A stretch of DNA of 64,000 nucleotides, from assembly GCA_964016885.1 (NCBI GenBank), contig OZ024741.1:49352001-49416000 (forward strand), read 5' to 3'. The stretch comes from Eledone cirrhosa (lineage: Eukaryota). Positions 14,931 through 29,894 of this stretch are shown here, piece after piece (position 1 is the stretch's first letter; the number at the start of each line of letters is the position of its first letter). The position numbers were made by a program, and so were the translations under genes. The notes beneath the pieces are model-generated. The model did not search any database, was not told the DNA's origin, and saw only the letters and a program-made list of their open reading frames with translations.

Positions 14931-15514
14931 CCGTACAACTTCAAGAGGAAGTGCGAGCTTTGCCTCGTGGAGCTCTACCATATCATAACGGCACCCCAGG
15001 AGCTCATCAACAGCAGAGTTGAAACGACGATAAGCTGCACACACCGCTTAAAAATATCCTACTTTAGATGGAATAAGAACGAGGAGTGAAACCGTAAACC
15101 GGGTCTCCCTGCACCAAGCTTTAACACCCCGGCGGGCAGGCGCTGCTAAAAACATCCGGAAACTAACCATACATCCCAGACCCGGCATATATCGACCCAG
15201 GCGGGCAGGCGCAGCAAACAAACGTCCCGAAACAAACGTTGCATACCTGACCCTGTGCGTATCGGTAATGGTAAGGTAGTAACCACATGCTTGTATCGGA
15301 TAAAAAAATTTTCCGGGAAAGACTGCCCTAACACCGGCCAGAGTTATCTCCCTTGACCTACTGCAAAATAAAAACATGTTTTTTTACGGAGAATGAACTC
15401 TGACGTGAACTTATCTCTAAAAACCCATTCCGGCCATTCGGGCGAAACGTACGTAGGTGCTATTTTAAATAAACATATTTTAACGGTCTGTTCTCCTGTA
15501 TTTTACTTCTCCAC

Positions 15515-15517
<3 letters not shown>
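14931..15517 (+). mobile_element. Naiad-like PLE 3' fragment (EN C-terminus plus 3'UTR)
   Basis: 14931-15089 translates [52 protein letters not shown], homologous to ORF 27726-28691. The UTR ends with GAAACGTACGTAGG (HHR-like). Confidence 0.88.
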
Positions 15518-15572
<55 letters not shown>

Positions 15573-15718
15573 GTAATAAATAAATCAACTAATATCTTAA
15601 CACTTCACACAAAGTAAAACATTTCGTTTTAATCGTTTTCTAACCCAGAAAAAAGAGAGAGAGAAACAGAAAAGGAAAAATATATATTTTTCTTCCTAAT
15701 AATCGTTTCTTTCTCCGT

Positions 15719-15792
<74 letters not shown>

Positions 15793-16112
15793 GTGTGTAT
15801 GTATGTGTGTGTGTGTGTGTATGTGTGTGTGTGTATGTGTGTGTGTACAAAGAGAGGAAGAGATTGGGTGTAATTATTATGAGCGTAGCCTGGTGATGTG
15901 ATCCCCGTCGGGTTACGATCATAACAAATATGTGTGTGTACATGTATGTGTGTGCGTATGTATGTGTGTGTGTGTGTGCGTGTGTGTTTGTGTATGTGTG
16001 TGTCTGTCTGTCTCTCTCTCTCTCTCTGTATATGTGTGTGTGTGCGTATGTGTGTGTGTGTGCGTGCGTGCGTGTGTGTTTGTGTATGTGTCTGTGTGTG
16101 TGTTTGTGTGTG

Positions 16113-16182
<70 letters not shown>

Positions 16183-16347
16183 TCTCTCTGTGCGTGCGTG
16201 CGGGTGTGCGCGTGTGTAGCAAAACCGTACATAGCCAGTTTATTCGTGTCTTCGAAACAGCGGCTCTGTTCTTATTTTGTACATTAGTATATTAATATTC
16301 AACATTTCTATACAAACCCGACCAAATAATCAAACACAGCATCAGGT

Positions 16348-16662
16348 CACCCTCGTCTATAACACCCTCGTCTATAACACCATCATCTATAAAACCCTTC
16401 TCTATAACACCCTCGTCTATAACACCATCGTCTATAAAACCCTTGTCTATAACAACCTCGTCTATAACACCCTCGTCTATAACACCGTCGTCTATAAAAC
16501 CCTTGTCTATAACACCCTCGTCTATAACACCCTCGTCTATAACACCATCGTCTATAAAACCCTTGTCTATAATGCCCTCGTCTATAACACCATCGTCTAT
16601 AACACCATCGTCTATAAAACCCTTGTCTATAACATCCTCGTCTATAACACCCTCGTCTATAA
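16348..16662. repeat. 15-bp minisatellite (caccctcgtctataa) x21 with a mostly 4-unit higher-order pattern
   Basis: Seen directly; the aaccctt variant recurs about every 60 bp. Confidence 0.95.
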
Positions 16663-17089
16663 CACGCGAAACAGACAGTGGCTGACCTTTCATTTGATGG
16701 CAGTGATTGCAACAGAGTTGGCTGTGGCTAATTCGACCAGTCATGGCTCCAGGTCATTGACTACGGCAGCTTGTCATAATCTGGGGTCGATGCAATCGAC
16801 TTTCCCTTCTCCTTAAATTGCTGACCTTCTGAGTGAAGGTGGCATAACCGACTCCGAGGAGCAGATACCATTGTAGCAGTGATAGAAATGTCGGTCAGAA
16901 GTGTTGAAGTGTTGAAGTGTTTCGTCTGTGACTTTATGCGAATCAGACGAGTGTCTTTTTTCTGGACTGGTCTAGGGTGTATGTACGATGGTAAGCTGAA
17001 AGTTCATAAGCTAACTATGAAGGAGTGGTGCTAGAGCTGTGAAATCTTGCATGTATTAAGTTCAGCTCTTATTATTAATAACTGCAAAG

Positions 17090-17283
17090 GGTGGGTGATT
17101 GGTAGTATCGGTAGAAGGTCGGACGCCATGCTTTGCAGCATAGGAGTTACGCCTCTTTATAGTCTGAGTTCAAATCCCGCCGAGGTTCACTTTGCCTTCC
17201 ATCCTTACGGGGTCGATAAAATAAAGTACCAATAATGTACTGGGATAATTGCTGGCCCCGTGCCCAAAGTAGAAACAATTATT

Positions 17284-17285
<2 letters not shown>
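17090..17285 (+). mobile_element. SINE family A, full copy
   Basis: Complete head, core and tail. Other copies: 7850-7965, 47082-47430, 51283-51430, 53205-53368 (+); 25210-25395, 33760-33910, 34575-34825, 38490-38712, 41890-42345, 44780-44965, 51860-52042, 55525-55620 (-). Confidence 0.88.
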
Positions 17286-17364
<79 letters not shown>

Positions 17365-17427
17365 TATCTGTATGTATGTATGTATGTATGTATGTATGTA
17401 TGTATGTATGTATGTATGTATGTATAT

Positions 17428-17701
17428 GGGACTGGCTTTGTGCAGTGCCTTTGCTCACTATAAAAGCTTCACGGCACAGGCATTGCTTTATATCTGGAGA
17501 TCTCTCTGCACTTGTCATCACATGGTACCATGGGCCCAGCACTATGTGTCAATAATTGTCACAAGTGTAGTGTTTGTACCAGAGTTTTCAAGTCGCTGGC
17601 TGGACTAAAAAGTCACACTCGTTCAGCGCATCGGTAGGGTTTCTCCTACATGGATATAAAGTAGTGGCCGTACTCGAAAACGAGTTGGCAGCTACCACAT
17701 G

Positions 17702-17704
<3 letters not shown>
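17428..17704 (+). mobile_element. 5'-truncated copy of non-autonomous RTE subfamily A
   Basis: Near-identical to 14048-14305, plus ttggcagc and a tgta tail. Confidence 0.85.
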
Positions 17705-17768
<64 letters not shown>

Positions 17769-17770
<2 letters not shown>

Positions 17771-18536
17771 TAAAACATGTCTATAGAATCACAAGATAAA
17801 ATATATACTATTTCCTCTCCCAGTTAGCATAATTAACTATATAAAAAATCGAATAGACCAGGCTATACGAATGAGGCTTCTATGAAGGAATCTCCAACAA
17901 ATAACCAAAACTACCGCTTCGCGTCGGCCGTAGTGGAATATTTATCGAATATTTCGACAGCGTAATCGCCTAGATACAGTCAACTAAGCAGAATTAGGTT
18001 TAAAATAAACTAGGAGAAAATAGAATACACTTAAAGACCTCTACCATGGTTTCGTCCGTGTTTTGAGTTATCCAATAATTATGTAATAATTATATAAACT
18101 CGAGCGCCGGATTCTTCAGGAAGCTCGCTCATATCTAGACATTAAATTTTCCAAAACGATCGCGCCAAGAATTCATTTCAAAATGGCTAAAAATCGTGAC
18201 GTAGTCGCGATCAAGTTGGAAGGGGTGTGGTAGTTGCTTACGACTGGTGGCATTTTTGCTAGAAAGCACAGCACAATACAGCCAAATTTGTATCTCAACC
18301 TAGTGGGAGATTATTACATATAAAAGTTTACATATATATATACATACACATACATATACGTGTTTTGCAACTGGTCACTTTTTGGCTCAATGAAAAATTA
18401 ATAAATTAAACAATCAGAGCTATATATCATAAAACATGTCTATAGAATCACAAGATAAAATATATACTATTTCCTCTCCCAATTAGCATAATTAACTATA
18501 TAAAAAATCGAATAGACCAGGCTATACGAATGAGGC

Positions 18537-18542
<6 letters not shown>
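17769..18542 (-). mobile_element. Non-coding 659-bp unit with 115-bp terminal redundancy and internal HHR (retrozyme/mini-PLE-like)
   Basis: 17769-17883 equals 18428-18542 (1 mismatch); (TA)n on both sides; HHR at 18037-18124(-). Confidence 0.8.
18037..18124 (-). ncRNA. Minimal type I hammerhead ribozyme with long stem II
   Basis: gcttc-CTGAAGA-A-TCCG..CGGA-C-GAAA-C-CATG-G-TA-gaggt; palindromic stem III, GUA site, A.C at 10.1/11.1. Confidence 0.7.
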
Positions 18543-18590
<48 letters not shown>

Positions 18591-18591
18591 G

Positions 18592-18761
<170 letters not shown>

Positions 18762-18789
18762 GAATGAGAATGAAAGAAAGAGAGAAAAA

Positions 18790-18888
<99 letters not shown>

Positions 18889-19329
18889 ATGTAACTGACC
18901 TTTCAGACTTTTAAGCACTGAGAATATAAAGTTAATACGAAGGATGACGTGCCGATACCAATTTCTTTTTCCGTTTTCTTAAGGGGTTGCACCCTATTTT
19001 ATAAGCTGTTTTGTGGCATCTCTGCCTGTGGTTACGCCATCCTTCGTATTCTCTCTCTCTCTCTCACTCTCTCTCTCTATCTCTATCTATCTATTTATAC
19101 ACACAGAAAATCTAGCTGTCGTCTGTTCTAGAGCGTAGATGTAATTCACTTCGCGCAGAAGTTTTGTTCAAATTTATTGCGGAAATTTTGTAAGTTCAAT
19201 TTTAATTTTGATACTATTGTGTAGCTTGACCCCCCGTCTGAACTGTCAGGCGGTGGGTCAGCTCATCTTTACGAAAAACCTGTTTTTAAAAATTTTGTGG
19301 CATAAAAAAATTTCAATCGTCTGACAGAA

Positions 19330-21243
19330 ATGTTAAACGAAGCTAACGAAAATAGTGGTGGGAGGACAGCGGTAAGAGTTGTAAGCTCGCACCCTTTAGT
19401 CCCCCCTTCCTTCCCAACTAACGTCATAGAGAAGGAAGGAAAAAATAAAATAAAAACAGACGAATCTGCAGAGAAAAATGACGAAAACACAAATCTGGAC
19501 ATGGATTCCAACAACGAAAAAAAAAAATTTGAAAAAGTGCATGACAATATTAATACCAAAAACAAAGACACAACAAACACAAAAATAACATTTGAAAACA
19601 ACATCATAACAGAAAGCAAAGCAGACGACAAAGTCAACACCAATAAGATTTCATTTGCACAAACAACAAAGAAATCTTTGACATATATACCTGAAAATAT
19701 TTTAGATGTGGCACAAAGAATTGCAGACGCCAAACAATATATAACTGAAGGAGAGAATGGTATTTTATCGGTAAAAATGCCTCAAGAACTCACCAAAGAC
19801 ATTGAAAGTCGAACGGTCGTTTTCCGCACCATCAACAACACCTCTAAAAAACCTGAACAGCCAACTCAAACAGAAATCAAAACAATACTCACAGAAGTAC
19901 TTAATGAAACCACTTTCATAAGAAAAGACAGACTGTATGGAAGCCTAGCGATTATTATGAAGAACGAATCGGCGGCAAAAAAATGTGCTTTGTCACCGAT
20001 TCGTTCGAAAAATTTTACCTTTTATCCATCTTATATGGGTAAAAGAACTCAACGCATATGGCTGGATGCAATGATGCCAGATGTGGACTACTGCTGGCTC
20101 ATAGCTGGCTTCATCGATTCAGCGAATGACAACGTGATTTCCATTGGGAAAACCACAGGCAATGCGTTCAGTGGAACAGGTATAGAGCTTGTAGTGCAAA
20201 TGAAGCCTGAACGCATCGCCCAAATACCCGACAGAATCCTATTAGAGGGCCACGGGTATATAAACATTAGCGTAGAGGGGAGAAGACCGTCCTGACATAT
20301 CTGTGCAGGCAGAGGGCACCTGAAGGCGGCTTGTCCCCAACTCAACAAAAAGAAAACCCTGCTACCAACACCAGCTCCACCACCACCACCACCACAACAG
20401 ATAAACAAACAACAAAACTCAGTCCCACCCAACCCGTCCCTCAGTAAAACTACACCACCACCACAACACAAACAGTCACAACACATTACCCCAAAACAAA
20501 ATACAGGCCCACCCAACCCCTCACTCAATAAAACAACACAACCACCGCAGCCACAACACACAACACAGTCTAACATAGTGACATCCATCTCCCCCACAAA
20601 GAAAACCAACACGGAAACATTACCAGCAAACATACCTCTTCCCTCCAACACTGAAGACAACCCAACGAATTCGGAGGAAGAAACGGAGTCCTTCAGACAG
20701 ATTTAAAAGAAAAAAAGAAAACATGTGCAAAACACACAAGGCCAAACAACCCCCACCCAAATGTCAACACAATCCAACAAAACACAAAACACCCCTCCAG
20801 CAACAAACAAAACCAAACCTGCCCCTCCCCTCTTCGAAACACTCACACCATCCCCAAAAAAGACATTACACTATACTTACATCAACAGAAACAATAATAA
20901 ATTAAATGAACTCATAAACAATAATCCTTCGGTACAAACCGAAGGTGTAAACTTTGTTTCTTCAGAAAACTACCCTCATTTAAAATTAATAAAGATCCCA
21001 ATGAACCTCTACCAAAAACTAAAAAAGGATTTTAAGGAGGACGTAGGACCACCCTCTGTCAAACCCATAAACCGCGTCCTACTAAAAAGCTTTCCCCCTC
21101 CCCTTCCCCTCCCCAACACAACTCCAAATACCCCAACCCCACCACACACTGACGACCCCACACCACCACAAGACACCCCTTCACCCAACACCCCCGACCC
21201 AATGGAAGTCGTGCGACCCGAACCCCGGGAAGAAGAAAGGTAG
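19330..21243 (+). pseudogene. LINE ORF1 (gag-like, CCHC zinc knuckle, Pro/Gln/Thr-rich C-terminal half) with two in-frame stops
   Basis: ORFs 19330-20295 and 20725-21243 share a frame. Reading through TGA at 20293 gives RRPS*HICAGRGHLKAACP; second stop TAA at 20704. Confidence 0.85.
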
Positions 21244-21276
21244 GTCTCTACACTCTCCCTTGGCTCTGCCGCCCAC

Positions 21277-24200
21277 ATGGATGTGTTAAGAGTAGGATGT
21301 TTGAATGCACGTGGCCTGGGCTCAACTTGGAAGCAAGCAAAGCTTCTAAATGACCTCAGGTCATGTGGTATAAATGTAATGGTTATCTGTGAGACTCGGA
21401 TCAGCGTCGTGCGGCAGCTGGCCCCTACCTTCGATGACTTTGAGGTGCATGCATCTCTCTGTCAACCTGGAGGTGGGGTGGGGTTGTCGTACTGCTGCAA
21501 AAACACCTGGGTCTTGCCGTACAGGTTGTTCACTCGGACCCGGGGGGTCGTTTGTTGGTGCTAGACGTTGGCAGTAGTGAAGGTGCGGCCTTGAGACTGG
21601 TCGCCGTCTACTCCCTTTTCGGAGCTGAACGGCCCGACTTCTTCCAGCGTTTGGAGACTTTTCTGGGAACGTCGCGTTCCCTGCTTCTAGCGGGGGATTG
21701 GAATGACATCCTAGATGCACGTTGGGACTATGCAGGAGCATGTCCTAATAGAGGGGGGTGTAACAGCCTCAAGGGGTTACTCAACCGTTTTAACTTGGTC
21801 GATAGATATCGACTAGATTTTCCAACTGTGCCTACCTGGACTTGGAGAAACCACAGTGGTCAATCTAGATCGTACTTAGATAGATTCTTAGTTAGAAGTA
21901 AGGATAGGGACATATTAAGCTGTCCAGAAATGCGCACGGTTGGCTATACGGATCACAAATTAGTGACCTGCGTAGTCAATCTCGAGAAAACACATAAACA
22001 GGGTCCCGGTTACTGGAAACTTAATTTGTCTTTACCGGCAAAAGAGACTTACAGAAACCGGATTATCAGATTAGTTAAGGAGAGGTTGACGGGTGCAATC
22101 GTCAACAACCGATGGTGGGCATCTCTCAAAAGAGAGATTAGAACAGAATCAATAAGTTATAGCAAGATGTTAGCTGCCGATAGGAATAGAAACGAGAAAG
22201 AATTAACAGGTAAATTAGAAGAGGCAATCAAGAGTGAAGATGTGGCCAGAGTGCTGGCATCGAGGACGGCCTTGAACAAGTTTTTCGATGCAAAGCACGA
22301 AGGCTGCGTCATTCGAAGTAAAATACGTGCTCTAGGTAATGAGGGGGCCAAAGCCGTTGGCTGGGCCCGCGTGACAGAAGCTAAGAGTGGAAATCGATCC
22401 ACCATCCGGTCGTTGCAAGACGAGGATGGACGGGTGATCCGGGAGCCTAAGCAGATGTGCGAGGCCTTTCAAAGGCACTTTGCCCGATTATTCGGGGGAG
22501 GCGAGGGTCCGGGCGGGGACGTGGATTTCGGTCCATACCTCGACGGCCTGCCGCGTCTCTCGAGCGAAGAGGCAGAGTCCTGCGAGGGACCAATCTCGGC
22601 TGATGAGATCGGAGATGCGCTGAGCCAATGCAGCAGACGCAAATTTCCAGGTCTCGATGGTATACCTTACGAACTTTATTTAACAATGCCAGTCTTCTTC
22701 TCCGAACTCCTCGAAGCGGTCTACTGCAATTGGTAGCAGAACGGGAGAATTCCTTGTTCTGTAGCCAAGGGCGTAGTCTCGCTGGTGAGGAAGGACGAGA
22801 ACAAGGGGATAGTATAAATAATTTTCGGCCCATAACCCTGCCAAACACAGAGTTAAAGATTCTGGCCAAGGTGTTAGCAAAGAGGTTGGCGCTTGTCGTG
22901 GGTAGCCTGGTGGGAGATGCGCAGACATGTGCTATCCCATCCAGGTCCATTCACGATAACCTCCACCTCATGCGATACATCATAGAGAGGGTTGGCAACA
23001 AACCCGGCTTCGGTGGGGCCCTGATCAACTTGGATCAGTCTAAGGCCTTCGATAGGGTCGACCATGGTTACCTGGATGCGGTGCTAGCGGCGGCTGGGTT
23101 CGGTCCTGTTTTCAGAGGCTGGATCACTGCCTTACATAGCAACCACATCTGTTCTAGGATCAAGGTGAACGGCTACCTTTCGAAGCCGTTCGAAATCACA
23201 CGATCCATTCGACAGGGGTGCCTTCTCTCCTCCCTTCTGTACGTATTGACTCTCGAGCCTTTACTGAGGAAGTTAGAGTTGTTGCAGGGTATCCCCCTGG
23301 AACCAGGATTGAGCAAAGCGGTGTCGGCCTACGCCGATGACGTAAAAGTAATGGTATCGACCGACTCGGAAATCGAGGCGATCGGTACCTTACTGGAGGA
23401 TTACGAAAGGTTGTCAGGAGCGAAACTGAACCGGGAAAAATACATCGGGCTGCAACTCGGAACGTGGAGAGGCAGACCGATGCCTCCCGACGGTGTCGTC
23501 GGACGCTGGACGGAGGGCCCGGTAAAGTTGCTTGGGGTCTGGTTTGGACCGGACCTCCAGGTGGAAAAGAACTGGGACGAGGTTACGAACAAGGTGTTTG
23601 CACTAACCCAGAAATGGGCAAAGTGTAAGCTGTCCCTAAAAGGCCGGGCGGAGGTGGCGAACATTTACATAGCGTCCGTCACTTACTACCGTCTGACTGT
23701 CGTGCCTTGCCCTAAGGAAACACTCACCACCATGGAACGCATGCTCTTCCAATTTCTTTGGAAGAAGCGCCCTCCTATGGTGAGAAGATCCATCTGCTGC
23801 CAACAACCTTCGAAAGGAGGGCTGGGGATGCCGTGGTTGATGATGCGTAGGCACGCATTAAGGCTACGGCACCTACAGGTATTCCTCACTGGTCAACCGG
23901 TGTGGGCTCCGTTCGTGAAACGAGCCTTTCCGAGACTCGTCTCGCTCACCGAGCTGCAGTCCTGGGTCAAGCAAAGATCCGGAAAACTGGGAGACTGGCA
24001 CACTGAGTGTGCTCAGGCGCTCAGGGCTCTCTGGCAAGCGGGCCAGGCCATCGGTGGAGAATCCACCTCATCATTCTATAGAGGGCTGGTGGCTAGCAGG
24101 GGCGATGACACCCTTGGAGAGTCACTGGACATGGAAGAGGACGAACTGGCCAGCCTGTACGGTAGGACTTTTGGCCCGGGACCAATGGACAACTTCCAGA

Positions 24201-24716
24201 AGTCACTAGCCTGGCAGTGCTACCAGGGGGCTCTACCCGTTCGAGAGAGGCTCTACAGACACGGGCGCCCGGGCAGGGATCCCTCGAAAAAGATTTGCCC
24301 TAGATGCGTGCGTCACGAAGAAACCGTTGCGCACGCATTGGTGCAATGTCCGGGCGTGGCTGATCTGTGGGGCTACGCTGAACAACTGCTGTCGCGGGTG
24401 GCGCCGATTCAATTGACCGCCGAGTCGGTGATGACAATCAAACCGCCTCCCCTCTTCACAAAGGAAGCAAAGGCGGTTTTTCTGTGCGTAATAGCCATGT
24501 TGAAAGAGGTTGTTTGGTGGACACGATTGAAAGGTCTGAGGTCAGGCAACTTCCTCTCTGGCCATAGTCTGGTCTACTTCTTCCGATATCACTTCGGAAG
24601 AAGGATAAGAATGGAGAGAGAGGTGCTTGGCCACAGGCAGTTTTATGAAGGTGGGTGATAGTGGCGAGAATGACTCGTGTAAATGGGCCTTCTCTGTATA
24701 CCATCCTGTAGGTAAA
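21277..24716 (+). pseudogene. LINE ORF2: apurinic-like endonuclease, reverse transcriptase and C-terminal Cys/His motif; frameshifted
   Basis: LNARGL..CETR, GDWN, YLDRFL, TDH (APE); NFRPITL, NLDQSKAFDRVDH, RQGCLLS, AYADDV (RT); CPRC..ETVAHALVQC. Split over ORFs 21277-21564, 21552-22736 and 22628-24658. Confidence 0.95.
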
Positions 24717-24939
24717 GAAGTGAAGGAGAGGGGAGCACCTTATCCGTGTGCTCCCCGGGCAAAGGATTGCACACTTTTTCGGGGGTGTGTGCAACCCCCA
24801 TCACGTCCCCTCCCTTTTGAGGTTGTTTTCGATTATTTTCATTTTATACCCTTTTTACTCGATTGTATGTAAACTCCCCCTTTGTATTTGTCCCTTCTTT
24901 TTATGCCTTTATGGTAAATAAAGAAATATATCTATTTAT

Positions 24940-24984
<45 letters not shown>

Positions 24985-25409
24985 CAATGATATTAAATAA
25001 ATGGAAACTATATTTATAAAGCCATATTTATTTTATTATATATATTTCAAGGGTAACCAAGACAACATTGGATAAAATACAAAGTTTGTTTTATAAATAG
25101 AGACATACCCATGAAAATCATACCTTATCGGTTGGAAATTCACTGGATAGTCATTTATGTTTGTCGGACTTCCAACAAATTAAATACCACTTCTACTTAT
25201 ATATATATATAATTGTTTCTTATTTGGCACAAGGCCAGCAATTATCTCAGTGCATTACTGGTACTTCATTTTATCGACCTCGTAAGGATGAAAGGCAAAG
25301 TTAACCTCGACGGGATTTGAACTTAGAACGTAAAGGGATGTAACTCTGCTGTAAAGCATGTTGTTCGACGCTCTACCGATACTGCCAATCCAATATATAA
25401 TATACATAC

Positions 25410-25896
25410 ATGATGATGATGATGATGGCTGCAACTCGAATTTGAGTAATACCATGCTGCAGAAAATGTCACATGTCAAACGATGCCTGTGCTTGAAGCT
25501 TTTTTAAGTGAGGAAAGGCTTTTCAAGGGGCCAATCTCACTCTCTGAACATCGAACGCATTTGCCCCAAAAGAAGAACTGGTCTACAACATTGGGTGCAA
25601 ACAAACAAAGTAACATGTTTTATATCAGAGTGACTTTCTCCTATAGAGGTGTCTTAATGAAGACTATAAGTCTCTCGCACAAAAAAAGAAAAAGAAAATT
25701 ATTGGATGGCCGTTGACTTTGCTGCGTTCTTCTGCCCTTTGACGGGTCTTGTTTTTTTATCCCGCAGGGGGTGTCCAAAATTACCCTCCTCACCAGGAAA
25801 GCTTGGTGGGGTTGCCAATTTACTCGCCGACGAGTCGACCATGAAACAGGTTGTACTGAGTTACATGTTACCAGTAGCACTGAAGAGCGACCTCAC
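25410..25896 (-). mobile_element. Diverged non-autonomous RTE subfamily B with (ATC)n tail
   Basis: 5' part homologous to 13710-13880; related pieces at 35378-35705(-) and 62935-63075(+). Confidence 0.75.
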
Positions 25897-25897
25897 C

Positions 25898-26567
25898 ATA
25901 CATACATACATACATACATACATACATACATACATACATACATACATACATACATACATACATGGTGGCTGCCAACTCGTTTTCGAGTACGGCCACCCTT
26001 TATATCCATGTAGAACTCTGACCGATGCGCTGAACGAGTGTGACTTTTTAGACCAGCCAGCGACTTGAAAACTCTGGTACAAACACTACACTTGTGACAA
26101 TTATTGACACATAGTGCTGGGCCCATGGTACCATGTAACGACAAGTGCAGAGAGATCTCCAGATATAAAGAAATGCCTGTGCCGTGAAGCTTTTATAGTG
26201 AGCAGAGGCACTGCACAAAGCCAGTCCCACTCTCTTAACCAAGATGATATTTACCAAAAAGAAGAACAAGTCAACATCATTGGATACCATCGGGGTTGCA
26301 GGTGTTATATCAGAGTTTTCCTTCTCCTAGAATTCTGCCTTGACAAAGGCTAAGGGGTCATCTCTCCCGGTGATTTTGGATGGCCATTGACTCTTAAGAG
26401 CTCCTTTGCCCTTTGACAGGTTTTGTTTTTAGTCCTGCAGGATGTCCAAAGTCACCCTCCTCACCAAGAAACCATGGTGGGGTTGCCAGTTTAGTCGCCA
26501 ACGACCCGACCATGAGACAGTTTGTACTGGGGTACATGTTACCAGTAGCACCAACAGGTGACCTGAC
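25898..26567 (-). mobile_element. Full non-autonomous RTE subfamily A copy with (TGTA)n tail
   Basis: Reverse complement of 13710-14305 plus tail. Confidence 0.88.
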
Positions 26568-26569
26568 AT

Positions 26570-26850
26570 AAAAAAAAACTAAAAAAAACCGCCGCCGAGC
26601 GACGGGTCCGGTCGAAAGAAACCCGCCTCGAAAGCGAATCGCGGAGGTTCGCCTTCACGGCGGGACGCCGCTCTGCGACCTGCGGGTACCGCGCGCCATC
26701 CAGCCTGACGAGAACGGGTCGCGACGACGGATCGAAGGGTAAGTGCGTCCAATGCTGGCACCCCGCGAATCGCAACGCCGGCGGTCGACCCGTCGAAACG
26801 AGAGACCACCGCCGACGTGATCGCCGACGCAGCGGACTGAGTCCCCTCAC
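26570..26850 (-). other. GC/CpG-rich, highly self-complementary segment ending in a hairpin and oligo-T; unidentified RNA or rDNA-spacer copy
   Basis: Far more GC-rich than its surroundings. The minus strand ends ccgtcgc-tcg-gcggcgg then T runs, directly abutting the 5' end of the RTE-derived element. Confidence 0.45.
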
Positions 26851-26866
26851 ATATATATATATATAT

Positions 26867-27070
26867 GGAGGCACATGGCTTAGTGGTTAGAGCATTGGGC
26901 TTACAATCGAAAGGTTGTGAGTTCAATTCTCAGACCGGGTGATGTGTTGTTTGCTTGAGCAAGACACGTTATTCCACATTGCTCCAGTTTACTCAGCTGT
27001 AGAAATGAGATGATAGGGACTGAGATCCATATCATTCCACTGCAAAGTGGCCGTGGAGGTGCCACGGCAA
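26867..27070 (+). mobile_element. tRNA-derived SINE family C, 3' truncated
   Basis: ggaggcacatggcttagtggttagagc..gagttcaattc head; same family as 59027-59370. Confidence 0.85.
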
Positions 27071-27187
27071 AAAATATATATATATACACATATATATATA
27101 CACACATATATATACATATATATATATAAATATATATATACATACATATACACATACACATATATATATACATACATATACACATAC

Positions 27188-28920
<1,733 letters not shown>

Positions 28921-28987
28921 TATTATGTATATATATATATGTGTGTATATATATATATATATGTATATGTATGTATATGTATGTATG

Positions 28988-29073
<86 letters not shown>

Positions 29074-29332
29074 CATACATACATATATATACATACATAT
29101 ACATATATATATAATTAAGTTAAAGTGTACATCTACATATGTATACGGAATTACTAGTATGCATATAAATACACACATGTATACATATGTACATGTACCG
29201 AGTTTTTCACTAGACACTTTACAGTGAGTGTCCAGCTAGTCTGTATGTAAAGAAACAGACGAACCGGGTTTTAAAGTCATACGAGTTTTCAAGGAAACAC
29301 ACTTCCTCTATTCTCCAGAGAGCCAGACAGGA

Positions 29333-29375
29333 ATATTGGACTAGTTTCGATGTTATTACATCTCATCAGCAATAT
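29333..29375 (-). ncRNA. Inverted copy of the same hammerhead ribozyme
   Basis: Exact reverse complement of 29895-29937. Confidence 0.92.
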
Positions 29376-29894
29376 ATACCCATCTTCCGGCTTCTCTGGA
29401 GAATTGTAAAAGCACATATCGTTATATGCTTTTTCTATGAAAATCAGTAGTGGGCAGACTAATTTGCATAGAACGTGAGTCATAGAGAATAGAGGAAGTG
29501 TGTTTCCTTGAAAACTCGTATGACTTTAAAACCCGGTTCGTCTGTTTCTTTACATACAGACTAGCTGGACACTCACTGTAAAGTGTCTAGTGAAAAACTC
29601 GGTACATGTACATATGTATACATGTGTGTATTTATATGCATACTAGTACTTCCGTATACATATGTAGATGTACACTTTAACTTAATTGTTTAAGCGTCAG
29701 TCATACAAAAGTGAGTTAGAAGCGAAACGAAATTTAATTTCGTTTCGTTATTTGTTTTTATCGTTTCCGCTGAACCGGTGCGTACAATGACTCACGTTCT
29801 ATGCAAATTAGTCTGCCCACTACTGATTTTCATAGAAAAAGCATATAACGATATGTGCTTTTACAATTCTCCAGAGAAGCCGGAAGATGGGTAT

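Larger units (their letters stand above)
19106..24928 (+). mobile_element. Full-length Tx1/L1-clade non-LTR retrotransposon (disabled)
   Basis: ORF1 plus APE-RT ORF2; 18-bp TSD tatctatttatacacaca at 19088-19105 and 24929-24946; AATAAA near 24917. Confidence 0.95.

Noticed and set aside
16348-16662. CRISPR-like array
   Set aside because: Contiguous repeats with no unique spacers, no cas genes, and a eukaryotic context.
20293-20295. TGA at the first Cys of the ORF1 zinc knuckle as possible selenocysteine
   Set aside because: The element has other stops and frameshifts and I saw no SECIS; a TGY-to-TGA mutation is simpler.
26701-26810. Hammerhead in the GC-rich segment (CTGACGA-stem-GAAAC)
   Set aside because: Stem II pairs well, but the site reads GAC rather than NUH and there is no stem I.
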